Source of the DNA: Blastocatellia bacterium
GTDB lineage: Bacteria; Acidobacteriota; Blastocatellia; UBA7656
NCBI GenBank assembly: GCA_035249305.1
Contig: DATFGQ010000034.1
Coordinates: 9,168-73,167, forward strand
Length of the DNA stretch: 64,000 nucleotides
Reading direction: 5' to 3'
Shown: piece after piece, positions 35,352-44,211 of the stretch
How positions within the stretch are numbered: the first letter of the stretch is position 1
Layout of the letters: every line of letters begins with the position of its first letter
The notes under the pieces: model-generated
What the model saw: the letters and a program-made list of their open reading frames with translations, nothing else
What the model was told of the DNA's origin: nothing
Databases searched by the model: none
Translations under genes and position numbers: made by a program

Positions 35352-37013
35352 ATGACTCCCAGCTTCCAAGAGTTAATCGATCAGGCCGTGCAGCTCATCA
35401 TGCCTGAGATGATACTGACGCTGTTTGCCTGCGCGGCCCTCGTCTTAGACGTGATGCTGCCGCGCGACCGCAAGCAAATAGTCGCCTGGGTGAGTCTGGC
35501 CGGCGTCGGGGCGTCGCTCGTCTCGCTCGACCTGCTCTATTTCAACCTCGTGCGCAAGGTCGGGTCGCAGACAGGCTTTTACGACATGATAGTCGTCGAT
35601 AATTACGCGATCGTCTTCAAGCTGATGTTCCTGATCGGCGCGGCGCTGTCGATACTGCTGTCGATAAAGTACCTCGAAGTCGAAGGCGAGCAGCGCGGCG
35701 AGTACTACTCGCTGATCCTGTTTTCGGTCATCGGCATGATGTTTATGGCTTCGGCCGTAGACCTGCTGTCGCTCTTCATATCGCTTGAGCTGATGGCGAT
35801 CGCCGTCTACATACTGGTCGGCTACCTCAAGCGGGACCGGAAGTCGAACGAAGCCTCGATGAAGTACTTTCTGCTGGGGGCCTTCTCGTCGGGCGTTCTG
35901 CTCTACGGCATCTCGATGGTTTATGGGCTGACGGGGACTACGAACCTTGCGGGCATAGCAAAGGCGCTGCCGATCGTCGCCGTGACGAACTGGGCGCCGC
36001 TGGGCGGCGAGGCGGTGGCCGACATGCGTTACTTCGCGCTGCTGGCTATGGTGCTGATGGCGGCGGGGATGTTCTTCAAAGTGGCGGCCGTCCCTTTTCA
36101 CATGTGGGCGCCGGACGCTTACGAAGGCGCGCCCACCTCGATCACCGCGTTCATGTCTGTCGCGGTGAAGGCCGCCAGCTTCGCGATGTTTGGAAGGTTG
36201 TTCCTCTATGGCCTGCCCGATCTGCGCACGGCGCTTGAGGGCGACGCGGCCGGCAACATCCCGGCCCTGCCCGGTTGGGCCGTGCTCTTGGGCTCGGTCG
36301 CCGCGATCACCATGGTGTGGGGGAATCTGGCCGCGATCACCCAGCACAACACCAAGAGGCTTTTGGCCTACTCGTCGATCTCGCACGCGGGTTACACGCT
36401 CTTAGGGTTGGTGGCCGGAAACGAGAGGGGCTACACGGGGTTCATAATCTACCTGTTCATCTACACGGTGATGAACCTTGGGGTGTTCGGCTGCATCATC
36501 GCGCTCAGGCGGCGCGGGATCGCGGGCGACCGCATGGAAGACTTCAACGGGCTGATGCGCAAAGCGCCGTGGCTGACCGTGATGATGACGATATTCCTGC
36601 TGTCGCTGGGCGGCATACCGCCGACCGCCGGGTTCATAGGCAAGCTCTATCTTTTCATGGGGCTGATAGAGAGTGGCAACCCATGGATGGTGAGGCTCGC
36701 GATACTGGCGGTCTTGATGAGCGCCGTCTCGCTCTATTATTACATCCGATTCATCCGCGCCATGTACATCGAGCCCGAGACCGAGCCGCAGCCCGTGCGC
36801 GTGGCCCGTCCGCTCCAGGCCGCGCTCGCCGTGGCCGTGCTGCTCGTCATATTCATAGGCGTCTACCCGCAACCGCTTATCCGCATAACTCAAAAAGCGG
36901 CGACCTCCGAGGGGCTCAAGACCGAAGAAGAGATGCGCCCGCCCCCGGCCGCAGCGCCCGCCGCGGGGCCGCGCACGCCGGGCGGAAGACCTTCCGGCAG
37001 CCCGCCTCAGTAA
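35352..37013 (+). CDS. nuoN: NADH-quinone oxidoreductase subunit N (553 aa, Pro-rich tail)
   Basis: The motifs KVAAVPFHMWAPDAYEGAPTSITAFMSV and LLAYSSISHAGY are present. The C-terminal tail is RPPPAAAPAAGPRTPGGRPSGSPPQ. Confidence 0.9.
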   Translation: MTPSFQELIDQAVQLIMPEMILTLFACAALVLDVMLPRDRKQIVAWVSLAGVGASLVSLDLLYFNLVRKVGSQTGFYDMIVVDNYAIVFKLMFLIGAALSILLSIKYLEVEGEQRGEYYSLILFSVIGMMFMASAVDLLSLFISLELMAIAVYILVGYLKRDRKSNEASMKYFLLGAFSSGVLLYGISMVYGLTGTTNLAGIAKALPIVAVTNWAPLGGEAVADMRYFALLAMVLMAAGMFFKVAAVPFHMWAPDAYEGAPTSITAFMSVAVKAASFAMFGRLFLYGLPDLRTALEGDAAGNIPALPGWAVLLGSVAAITMVWGNLAAITQHNTKRLLAYSSISHAGYTLLGLVAGNERGYTGFIIYLFIYTVMNLGVFGCIIALRRRGIAGDRMEDFNGLMRKAPWLTVMMTIFLLSLGGIPPTAGFIGKLYLFMGLIESGNPWMVRLAILAVLMSAVSLYYYIRFIRAMYIEPETEPQPVRVARPLQAALAVAVLLVIFIGVYPQPLIRITQKAATSEGLKTEEEMRPPPAAAPAAGPRTPGGRPSGSPPQ

Positions 37014-37035
37014 AGAGCCCTTCTTTAGTAAATCG

Positions 37036-37269
37036 ATGGCTACCGACGACGACAATAAAGGCGGGGTCAACTGGCGTCAGGCCATGACCACCGTCGGGAT
37101 GGCGCTGTCGATACCCTGGATGATAGGCGTGCCCGCGTTCTTAGGCTGGTACATAGACAAGCGCGCCGGGACGTGGCCCGTGTGGTTTCTGATAGGGCTA
37201 TTCCTCGGCCTGCTCAGCACGGCTTTCAGCATCTACAAGCTCCTCAAGAGATTCGGCCAGTTCAAGTAA
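37036..37269 (+). CDS. AtpZ / ATPase_gene1-like small membrane protein, tail gene of the nuo operon
   Basis: 77 aa with two TM helices. GVPAFLGWYIDKRAGTWPVWFLIGLFLGLLSTAFSIYKLL matches the AtpZ-type pattern (G..LD...GT.PWF...G...G). It starts 22 nt after the nuoN stop. Confidence 0.6.
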   Translation: MATDDDNKGGVNWRQAMTTVGMALSIPWMIGVPAFLGWYIDKRAGTWPVWFLIGLFLGLLSTAFSIYKLLKRFGQFK

Positions 37270-37309
37270 TCCGCTGGCAGTTATTTAGAGCGTGTCAGAG
37301 AAGTGTGAA

Positions 37310-37600
37310 AAAGCCCTGAAAGGGCTTGATTCAATAGCCAGGGGCACCGCCCCTGGAAACGGATTGATAATAATGAAAAGCCCTGAAAGGGCGATATGAC
37401 TATCGCGCCCTTTCAGGGCTTAATCTTGTATGACGCGTCACCCGGCGCGTTGCGCCGGGCTATTGAATCACGCCCCTACGGGGCTTTCGGCTATTGAATA
37501 TCGCCTCTTCGAGGCTTTCTATTGAATCATGCTCCTGCGGGGCTTATTGAATGCCGCCTCTTCGAGGCTTTCTATTGAAGCGTGTCTCCTTTGGGATTCT
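37310..37600. repeat. Family B composite tetraloop-hairpin repeat (copy B3)
   Basis: It has the same core as B2 in the same orientation. Four CTATTGAAT-hairpin units follow (GCCCC-TACG-GGGGC, GCCTC-TTCG-GAGGC twice, GCTCC-TGC-GGGGC). It sits between convergent genes. Confidence 0.85.
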
Positions 37601-37668
37601 TCAGACAACCTCTATAGCGGTTTGCGATTGGGTGACTTGCTTCGAGATTCACCGCCCGGTGTTCTGAA

Positions 37669-38673
37669 CTATCGCTTGACCGCGATCGCAAGCGCCATCG
37701 TCGCCCAGCTTGTGCCCGCCGCGGAGATCCATTGGTTCTTGCCGTGCGGGAAGCCGCTTTCGAAATATCGTTGCAGAGGTATCGCGCGCGTCTGGACGAG
37801 CCACGAGCCGTCTTCGCGCTGTGTCTTTAACAAGAATGCCACGCCGCGCCGGTAAGCCGGGTCGTCGGCGCTCACGCCGCCCGCTTCGTGCAAGGCCACG
37901 AGCGCCTGCCCCGTCGCGTAAGCGTCGCTTTCTATCCCCGGCAGTTGCGACCAGCCTCCGTCGGCGCGCTGGCTTGCCATTACACGTTTGACGGCTTTCT
38001 CGACATCTTCCTTTTTCGCCTTCGCCCAGCCCAGACCCAGGAGTTGAAAGTTTCTCTCTTCGCCCGTCGCAGGCTGCGCGCGCGCCAACCACGCCGCGGC
38101 CAGGGCTATGCGCCTTCGCGTCTCTTCGGCGCGGCCCTCCGGCGCGTACATCTGTATGACGCGGGCCGCGACGGCGGTCGTCGAGATGTCGCTGAACTCT
38201 ATCGGCGGGCGGTAGGCCACGGGCTGCCAGTGACCGTCGGAGAACTGTTTCCCCATCAGGTAATGGACTACGGCGTCTGTAGACTTGTCGGCGGGTTGTT
38301 TATCGACGCCGAGCTGCATCAAGAAGTATGCGGCCGTCGTCGCGTCGCCGGGCAGCCCGAACCCCAGCAGCATCTTCTCGCGCGAGGTGGCGACCAGCTT
38401 GTGAACGCCTTCACGGTTCTGCCCTGCGACCTTCTCGTCGACCTGAAATCCGCGCTCGCGCGCCGCGGCGACGGCCATCGCCGGCAGTACGTTGTGATGG
38501 CAAGAGGCGCATCCCGTCTGCTCCACGAACGGCGGGCCGACCTTCTGCAACAGCGGCAGACTCTTTTCGACGGCGCTTCTGGCGGCGGCCGAATCGCCGT
38601 CCTGCGTGAAGGCGCGCTCGGCGAAGAGCGCCGAAACGGCCAGTATGAAAACGAGAGCAATCGTCAATCTCAT
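37669..38673 (-). CDS. Secreted prenyltransferase/squalene-oxidase-repeat (alpha/alpha-toroid) protein with a CXXCH motif
   Basis: Track ORF to 38706 (GTG). The ATG at 38673 is preceded by GGAG and gives the signal peptide MRLTIALVFILAVSALFA. A haem-c type motif, CASCH, is present, along with repeated QxxDGGW-like units (QRADGGWSQ, QREDGSWLV, FSDGHWQ). Confidence 0.65.
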   Translation of the reverse strand: MRLTIALVFILAVSALFAERAFTQDGDSAAARSAVEKSLPLLQKVGPPFVEQTGCASCHHNVLPAMAVAAARERGFQVDEKVAGQNREGVHKLVATSREKMLLGFGLPGDATTAAYFLMQLGVDKQPADKSTDAVVHYLMGKQFSDGHWQPVAYRPPIEFSDISTTAVAARVIQMYAPEGRAEETRRRIALAAAWLARAQPATGEERNFQLLGLGWAKAKKEDVEKAVKRVMASQRADGGWSQLPGIESDAYATGQALVALHEAGGVSADDPAYRRGVAFLLKTQREDGSWLVQTRAIPLQRYFESGFPHGKNQWISAAGTSWATMALAIAVKR

Positions 38674-38702
38674 AAGATCTCCAAAAAGTCTGACTCTCGG
38701 CG

Positions 38703-39659
38703 TCACTCGGCTGCGCCGGCCTTCTTCAAGGCCGCGACGACCGCGGTGTCGCCTCTTCGTTTCGCCAGTATCAAAGCGGTAGCGCCGCTCTTGGCTTTAG
38801 CGTTCGGGTCCGCGCCGCGCGCAAGCAGCAGGTTGACCAGCTCGACGCTCCCCCTCTCGCTGAGCGCGGCCCACATCAAAGCCGTGTAGCCTTCGTCGTT
38901 CTTCGTGTTCACGTCCGTGCCGCGCTCGACCAGAAGCTTGAGCGTCTCGGCCGCGTCCACGTCGTTCGCCCACAGGAAGGCCGTGTGCCCGCCCATGTCT
39001 TTAATGTTAGGGTCCGCGCCTTTGTCGAGAAGCATGCGCACTGTCGCGGCGTCCTTGTAGGTCGCCGCCCACATCAAAGGCGTCTCGTTGGAGCTGGTCT
39101 TTGCGTTAGGGTCCGCGCCTTTCGAGAGCAGGAAGGCGACGATCTCTTTGTCGCCGCTCATCACGGCGTTGTGCAGCGGTGTGCGGCCCGCCTTGTCTTT
39201 GACGTTGAGCTCGGCCCCACGCGCGAGCATCTCTTTGAGTGTCGCGAGAGAGCCCGCGTGGCCCGCGGCTATCATTAAAGCGGTGTAGCCTGAGTTTGAT
39301 TTCGCGTTAACGTCCGCGCCCCTGGCTAAAAGCAGGCGGACTTTCGCCGCTTCGCCCGCCGCAACCATCAAGGGCGTTATCCCGTCGTTGTTCTTCTCGT
39401 TCGGGTCCGCGCCGCGATCTAACAGCAGCTTCAGGCAGTCCGCGCTCGCCGAAAGCGCCGCATGGATCAAGGCCGTGTCGCCGTCGGCGTCGCGGGCGTT
39501 CGCGCTTGCGCCGCGCGCGAGGAGCTTTCTTACAGAGCCCGCGTCGCCTTTTCTGATCGCGACGAATAGCGCGTCATTCGAGGGTTGGTTTTCGGCTCGA
39601 ACCGGACAGGCGCAGATCAAAAGGATGATCGATAAGAAGGTCTGTGAGCGTGCCATCAT
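38703..39659 (-). CDS. Secreted ankyrin-repeat protein (about 9 repeats)
   Basis: Track ORF to 39680 (TTG). The ATG at 39659 is preceded by GAGAGGTG. A signal peptide (FLSIILLICACPVRA) is followed by tandem 33-aa ankyrin units (G.TALM.AA..G....V..LL.RGADVNAK). Confidence 0.8.
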   Translation of the reverse strand: MMARSQTFLSIILLICACPVRAENQPSNDALFVAIRKGDAGSVRKLLARGASANARDADGDTALIHAALSASADCLKLLLDRGADPNEKNNDGITPLMVAAGEAAKVRLLLARGADVNAKSNSGYTALMIAAGHAGSLATLKEMLARGAELNVKDKAGRTPLHNAVMSGDKEIVAFLLSKGADPNAKTSSNETPLMWAATYKDAATVRMLLDKGADPNIKDMGGHTAFLWANDVDAAETLKLLVERGTDVNTKNDEGYTALMWAALSERGSVELVNLLLARGADPNAKAKSGATALILAKRRGDTAVVAALKKAGAAE

Positions 39660-39805
39660 AGGTTCACCTCTCAACTGCAATACGCATACTTTGCGCGAGT
39701 GGTTTTATTTCAATTCTGCGGCCAGGTCAACGATTATTTTGGAGCCCGATTGTTTAGCTGTATAATCGTTCCGGCCCAGGACGGGTTGACCCACAGGAGC
39801 GCAAA

Positions 39806-41008
39806 GTGAGTGAAGACGGACAGGTAACCATACTCTGCCTCGCCAGCTACTACAAGGGCGAAGAGTTCCTGCGCGAATCGAAACGCCAGGGCTGCCGCGT
39901 GCTGCTGGTCACGGTCGAGTCTCTGGCCGAAGCCGACTGGCCGCGCGAAGTGATAGACGACATCTTCTACTTGCCGGACCTCTACAACCGCGAAGACGTT
40001 ATCAAAGGCATAAGCTACCTTGCGCGCACGCAGGCCATCGACCGCATAGTGCCGCTCGACGACTACGACGTGGAGACGGCGGCCGTGTTGCGCGAGCACC
40101 TGCGCATACCGGGGATGGGCGACACGACCGCGCGCCACTTCCGAGACAAGCTCGCCATGCGCGTGAAGGCTAGCGACGAGCAGATACTCGTGCCGGAATT
40201 CGTCCACGTCCTGAATTACGACCGCATACGCGACTACCTCGAACGCGTCCCGCCGCCTTGGGTCTTAAAGCCGAGGGCGGAGGCGTCGGCCATAGGGATC
40301 AAGAAGGCCGAGAGCGCCGACCAGGTCTGGCGGCTGCTGGAAGAGCTCGGCGACCGGCGGTCGTTTTACCTCCTGGAACAGTTCATCGCGGGTGACATCT
40401 ATCACATAGATTCCGTGGTGAGCGAGCGCGAAGTCGTCTTCGCCATCCCTCACAAATACGGGAAGCCGCCCATGGACGTAGCGCACGGCGGCGGCATATT
40501 CACTACGCGGAGGATAGAGGCGCATTCGGCGGACGCGCAGGCGCTTGAGCTGCTCAACCGCGAGCTGATAACGACGCTGGGATTGGTGCGCGGGGTGACT
40601 CACACGGAGTTCATAAAGGGGCGCGACGGGCGGTTCTATTTCCTGGAGACGGCTTCGCGCGTGGGCGGCGCGAACATCGCCGAAGTCGTCGAGGCGGCCA
40701 CAGGTGTAAACCTCTGGCGCGAGTGGGCGAGGATAGAGATAGGCCGCGGCGAGCATAATTATGAATTGCCGCCGCACCGGGACGACTACTCCGGGATAAT
40801 CATATCGCTCGCGCGCCAGGAGTGTCCCGACACTTCCGCCTATGACGACAAGGAAGTGGTGTGGCGCTTAAACAAGCGCTACCACGCGGGGCTGATCGTC
40901 GCGTCGCCGGAGGCCGCGACGGTCGAGCGACTGCTCGAAGAGTACACGCGCCGGTTTTTGAAAGACTTCTACGCCACGGCCCCGCTGCCCGAAAAGCCGA
41001 CCTCATAG
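39806..41008 (+). CDS. ATP-grasp domain protein (carboxylate-amine ligase type)
   Basis: The GTG start is preceded by AGGAG at a 6-nt spacing. ATP-grasp elements are present ([48 protein letters not shown]). Confidence 0.7.
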   Translation: MSEDGQVTILCLASYYKGEEFLRESKRQGCRVLLVTVESLAEADWPREVIDDIFYLPDLYNREDVIKGISYLARTQAIDRIVPLDDYDVETAAVLREHLRIPGMGDTTARHFRDKLAMRVKASDEQILVPEFVHVLNYDRIRDYLERVPPPWVLKPRAEASAIGIKKAESADQVWRLLEELGDRRSFYLLEQFIAGDIYHIDSVVSEREVVFAIPHKYGKPPMDVAHGGGIFTTRRIEAHSADAQALELLNRELITTLGLVRGVTHTEFIKGRDGRFYFLETASRVGGANIAEVVEAATGVNLWREWARIEIGRGEHNYELPPHRDDYSGIIISLARQECPDTSAYDDKEVVWRLNKRYHAGLIVASPEAATVERLLEEYTRRFLKDFYATAPLPEKPTS

Positions 41009-41092
41009 CTCGCACAAGCCATTTATATTTTCTTTAGAGATTATTTCTAGAACCTTTAGAGTTCTCCTCTTCGTGTCGCCGTAATCCACTTT

Positions 41093-42925
41093 ATGAACGG
41101 ATTATATCTCGGCACACGCGCATTACTATTCTCGATCATGCTCTTGCTGATCCTGTCAGGCGCGGCTCACGCGCAGGGCACGGCCTTCTCGTATCAGGGC
41201 CGCTTGACCGACTCAGGCAACCCGGCCGACGGTCTGTTCGACATGCAGTTCAAGCTGTTCGACACGGCGACTGTGGGGGCGGGCTCTCAGCAAGGCGCTA
41301 CGGTCACAAACTCCACGGTCCAGGTGACGAACGGAGTCTTTACGATCGAGCTCGATTTCGGGGCGGCGATCTTTACGGGCGCGGCCCGCTTCCTTGAGAT
41401 AGGCATACGGCCCGCGGGCAGCCCCGCGCCTTACACTCTGCTCAGCCCGCGCCAGCCGCTGACGAGCGCGCCGTATGCTATCAGGAGCAACGCGGCCGCG
41501 ACGGCCGACGCCTTGAGCGTTGCGTGCGTTGGCTGCGTGACGAGCGGCCAGATACAGAGCGTGGCGGGCGGTGCGGTGACGGGCGCGATACCTGTCGCGA
41601 GCATCCCCGCGGGGAGCGCGAACTACATTCAAAACTCTACGGCGCAGCAGGCCGCGGCGAATTTCAACATAAGCGGAGATGGCGCGGTCGGCGGGGCGCT
41701 GTCAGGTGGTGTCGTCAACGCTGGGACGCAGTACAACATAGCGGGGCAGCGCGTATTAAGCGTGTCAGGGCCGTTTTCCATCGGCCCGACTGTCTTTGCA
41801 TCGTCGAACACATTTCTGGGAGACCGCGCGGGTATTAATACAACGCCGGGCGATACGCTCGACTCGAACGACGGTAAGTTCAACACGTTTGTGGGAGCAG
41901 GCGCCGGCGCGGCTAACGTATCGGGCCGCGACAACTCATTCTTTGGCGAGCGGGCGGGCGCGGCTAACATCTTCGGCTCCCGTAACACATTCTTCGGAAG
42001 GCTTGCCGGTCAGTCTAATACAACGGCCAGCGATAATTCCTTGTTTGGTGCTAGCGCCGGCTCAAGTAACACCGGAAACCTCAACTCATTCTTTGGCAGC
42101 GATGCCGGCGCAAGTAACACAACCGGCAACAGCAATTCGTTCTTTGGCGCTGGCGCCGGCTCGGCAAGTACGACTGGCTTCGGGAACTCGTTTTTTGGGA
42201 AGGAAGCGGGCGTGGCGAACCTGACGGGCAGCGCCAACGCGTTTTTCGGGAGATTGGCCGGCGATAACAACATCACCGGCAGCAACAACACGATCATAGG
42301 CTTCAGTGCGGATGTGGGGGCAAACAATCTGAACAACGCCGCCGCCATAGGCTCAGGCGCTCTTGTGGCGCAAAGCAACGCGATGGTGCTCGGCTCCATA
42401 AACGGAGTCAACGGCGCTACGGCCACGGTCAGCGTAGGCATAGGGACTACGACGCCGTCGGACCGGCTGCACGTGGTAGGAGACATACGAATAGGCACGG
42501 GGACTACGGGGTGCGTCAAGGACGCCGACGGCACGATACTGACTGGCAGTTGCTCTTCGGACGCGAGGCTAAAGCATGCGATCACGCCTTTCCCGGCGTT
42601 GCTCGACAGGTTGGTGCAGTTGCGCCCCGTCCATTTCTTCTGGAGGGCGAAGGAGTTTCCGGAAAGGGTCTTCGGCGACAGGCAGTCATACGGGCTGATC
42701 GCGCAGGAGGTCGAGCGGGTAATGCCGGAGCTTGTGACGGACGACGAGCATGGGTACAAGGTTGTGAACTACTCGAAGCTGCCGCTGATGAGCGTGCAGG
42801 CCATCAAGGAGCTTAAGATTGAGAACGACAACCTGAAAGAGTCGCTGCGCCGACAGCAGGAAGAGATCGCGGCATTGAAAAGAGTCGTCTGTCAGATGCG
42901 GCCTGACGCCGAGATGTGCAGATAA
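41093..42925 (+). CDS. Secreted tail-fibre-like repeat protein with a C-terminal S74 intramolecular-chaperone autoprocessing domain
   Basis: 610 aa with a signal peptide. About 11 tandem 14-15-aa units of the NSFFG..AG..NTTG type are present. The C-terminal SSDARLKHAITPF...GLIAQEVERVMPELV...YSKL plus a coiled coil matches the endosialidase-chaperone (Peptidase_S74) pattern. Confidence 0.7.
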   Translation: MNGLYLGTRALLFSIMLLLILSGAAHAQGTAFSYQGRLTDSGNPADGLFDMQFKLFDTATVGAGSQQGATVTNSTVQVTNGVFTIELDFGAAIFTGAARFLEIGIRPAGSPAPYTLLSPRQPLTSAPYAIRSNAAATADALSVACVGCVTSGQIQSVAGGAVTGAIPVASIPAGSANYIQNSTAQQAAANFNISGDGAVGGALSGGVVNAGTQYNIAGQRVLSVSGPFSIGPTVFASSNTFLGDRAGINTTPGDTLDSNDGKFNTFVGAGAGAANVSGRDNSFFGERAGAANIFGSRNTFFGRLAGQSNTTASDNSLFGASAGSSNTGNLNSFFGSDAGASNTTGNSNSFFGAGAGSASTTGFGNSFFGKEAGVANLTGSANAFFGRLAGDNNITGSNNTIIGFSADVGANNLNNAAAIGSGALVAQSNAMVLGSINGVNGATATVSVGIGTTTPSDRLHVVGDIRIGTGTTGCVKDADGTILTGSCSSDARLKHAITPFPALLDRLVQLRPVHFFWRAKEFPERVFGDRQSYGLIAQEVERVMPELVTDDEHGYKVVNYSKLPLMSVQAIKELKIENDNLKESLRRQQEEIAALKRVVCQMRPDAEMCR

Positions 42926-42983
42926 ACAAAGTCTCCTTCGGAGTGCGGTGACTTGTCGGCGCACTCCGAAGGAGGTGCTGGCA

Positions 42984-43985
42984 TTACGGAGCCTTTAAAG
43001 TCTTTGTTGTGCTCAACCCGTTGATGATGGCTTGAGCATAGGCGTTCACAGTCATGGGATCACCGCTACACTGGCCGGAGTTTTCACAACTGATCAGGTC
43101 GCCGTAGTTCCAGATAAACCCGCCGTTTATTCCGGCGTCGGTCGTCATAAGGTTGGAAAAAGTATCTTCAATCCCGCTCGGGCACATAACCCCTTGATAA
43201 GTCTCGGGCTGACAGCTCGTGCCGGGGTTCGCGCACCAGTAGCCCGGAACGATGAAGGCAGCCGGATCACTGACGCCCGTCGGTGACGAATAGTCCTTCA
43301 TCTGCTGAACCCAACTGCTCGGATCATTAGACGAGCCGCCAGCATAGCACTGCAAATTCCACCAGCTTACGATCTGCTGATTGTTGTTCTGCGAGTAGAC
43401 CTCCGCCATGCAGTTGAGCCAGAAGTCCTCATCCATGTACGGGCAATACGTCGTCTCCATGCCGATACTGTTTAGCATTTGCGTCAACTGCACCACCGTA
43501 TCCGTGTAGTAAGAGTACGAGTGGCCGTAAGGAGGGGGAGACGAATTGGCTTCAAGATCAAGGTCAATCCCGTCGATGTAGAGGGCGCTTTGCAACGCCT
43601 GGAAGTTCGCGTAAAGCGGGTTCTGGGAGCCTATGCCGTACTGGGTAATCAAGTTGCCTATGTTTACGAAGTCGCTTTCACAGGTCCAGCCGCCTATAGA
43701 AAAGAGCAGCTTATTAACCGTTCCTCCTGATTGCTTTACTGTCGAAAGCAATCCCGGTAAATCGCTCAGGCCGCTCTGGAGCTGGCCACCGACAATCATA
43801 GGGGGGCCGTCGTTGTATATGAAATCGCCGCTCGCATCAACGTGGAGCGCCCACAGAATACCTGTGGTGAAGCCCGACGTGTTGAGCGCCGAGGCGTAAC
43901 CTTGCAGCTCCGCGAGTTGTTGTGAGGTGGGGTTTTGCTGGCCGAAATTGTTAACGTAAATCGCGATGTTTTGTGCTGTGCTCAT
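42984..43985 (-). CDS. GH18-like (chitinase/hevamine-like TIM barrel) protein without a signal peptide
   Basis: 333 aa. The catalytic-type motif is YIDGIDLDLE (DxxDxDxE). The protein is Gln/Asn/Ser/Cys-rich. The strong RBS AAAGGAGAAG is present. GC is visibly lower than in the neighbouring genes. Confidence 0.6.
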   Translation of the reverse strand: MSTAQNIAIYVNNFGQQNPTSQQLAELQGYASALNTSGFTTGILWALHVDASGDFIYNDGPPMIVGGQLQSGLSDLPGLLSTVKQSGGTVNKLLFSIGGWTCESDFVNIGNLITQYGIGSQNPLYANFQALQSALYIDGIDLDLEANSSPPPYGHSYSYYTDTVVQLTQMLNSIGMETTYCPYMDEDFWLNCMAEVYSQNNNQQIVSWWNLQCYAGGSSNDPSSWVQQMKDYSSPTGVSDPAAFIVPGYWCANPGTSCQPETYQGVMCPSGIEDTFSNLMTTDAGINGGFIWNYGDLISCENSGQCSGDPMTVNAYAQAIINGLSTTKTLKAP

Positions 43986-44211
43986 CAGAAGCTTCTCCTT
44001 TCAATGTTAATGATAGACCGGGGATCCCACTTAGGCCCCGGCCTGCGGTCCGCTGAGTTTAACTACCTTGTGATTCCTCGATGCAGGCCTTATTGTTCGT
44101 AATGACCGCGATAATACGCCATTAATGTAACTAATACAACAAATTTGGGTTGGGTAATTTTAGGATTGGACCGTTTTTGCAACTTAACGAAGAGATGCTA
44201 GAGCCGCCAGG

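Noticed and set aside
41093-43985. A prophage or tailocin, inferred from the S74 tail-fibre-like gene.
   Set aside because: There are no capsid, terminase, portal, tail tube/sheath, baseplate, holin or integrase genes nearby. The neighbours are ordinary cellular genes.
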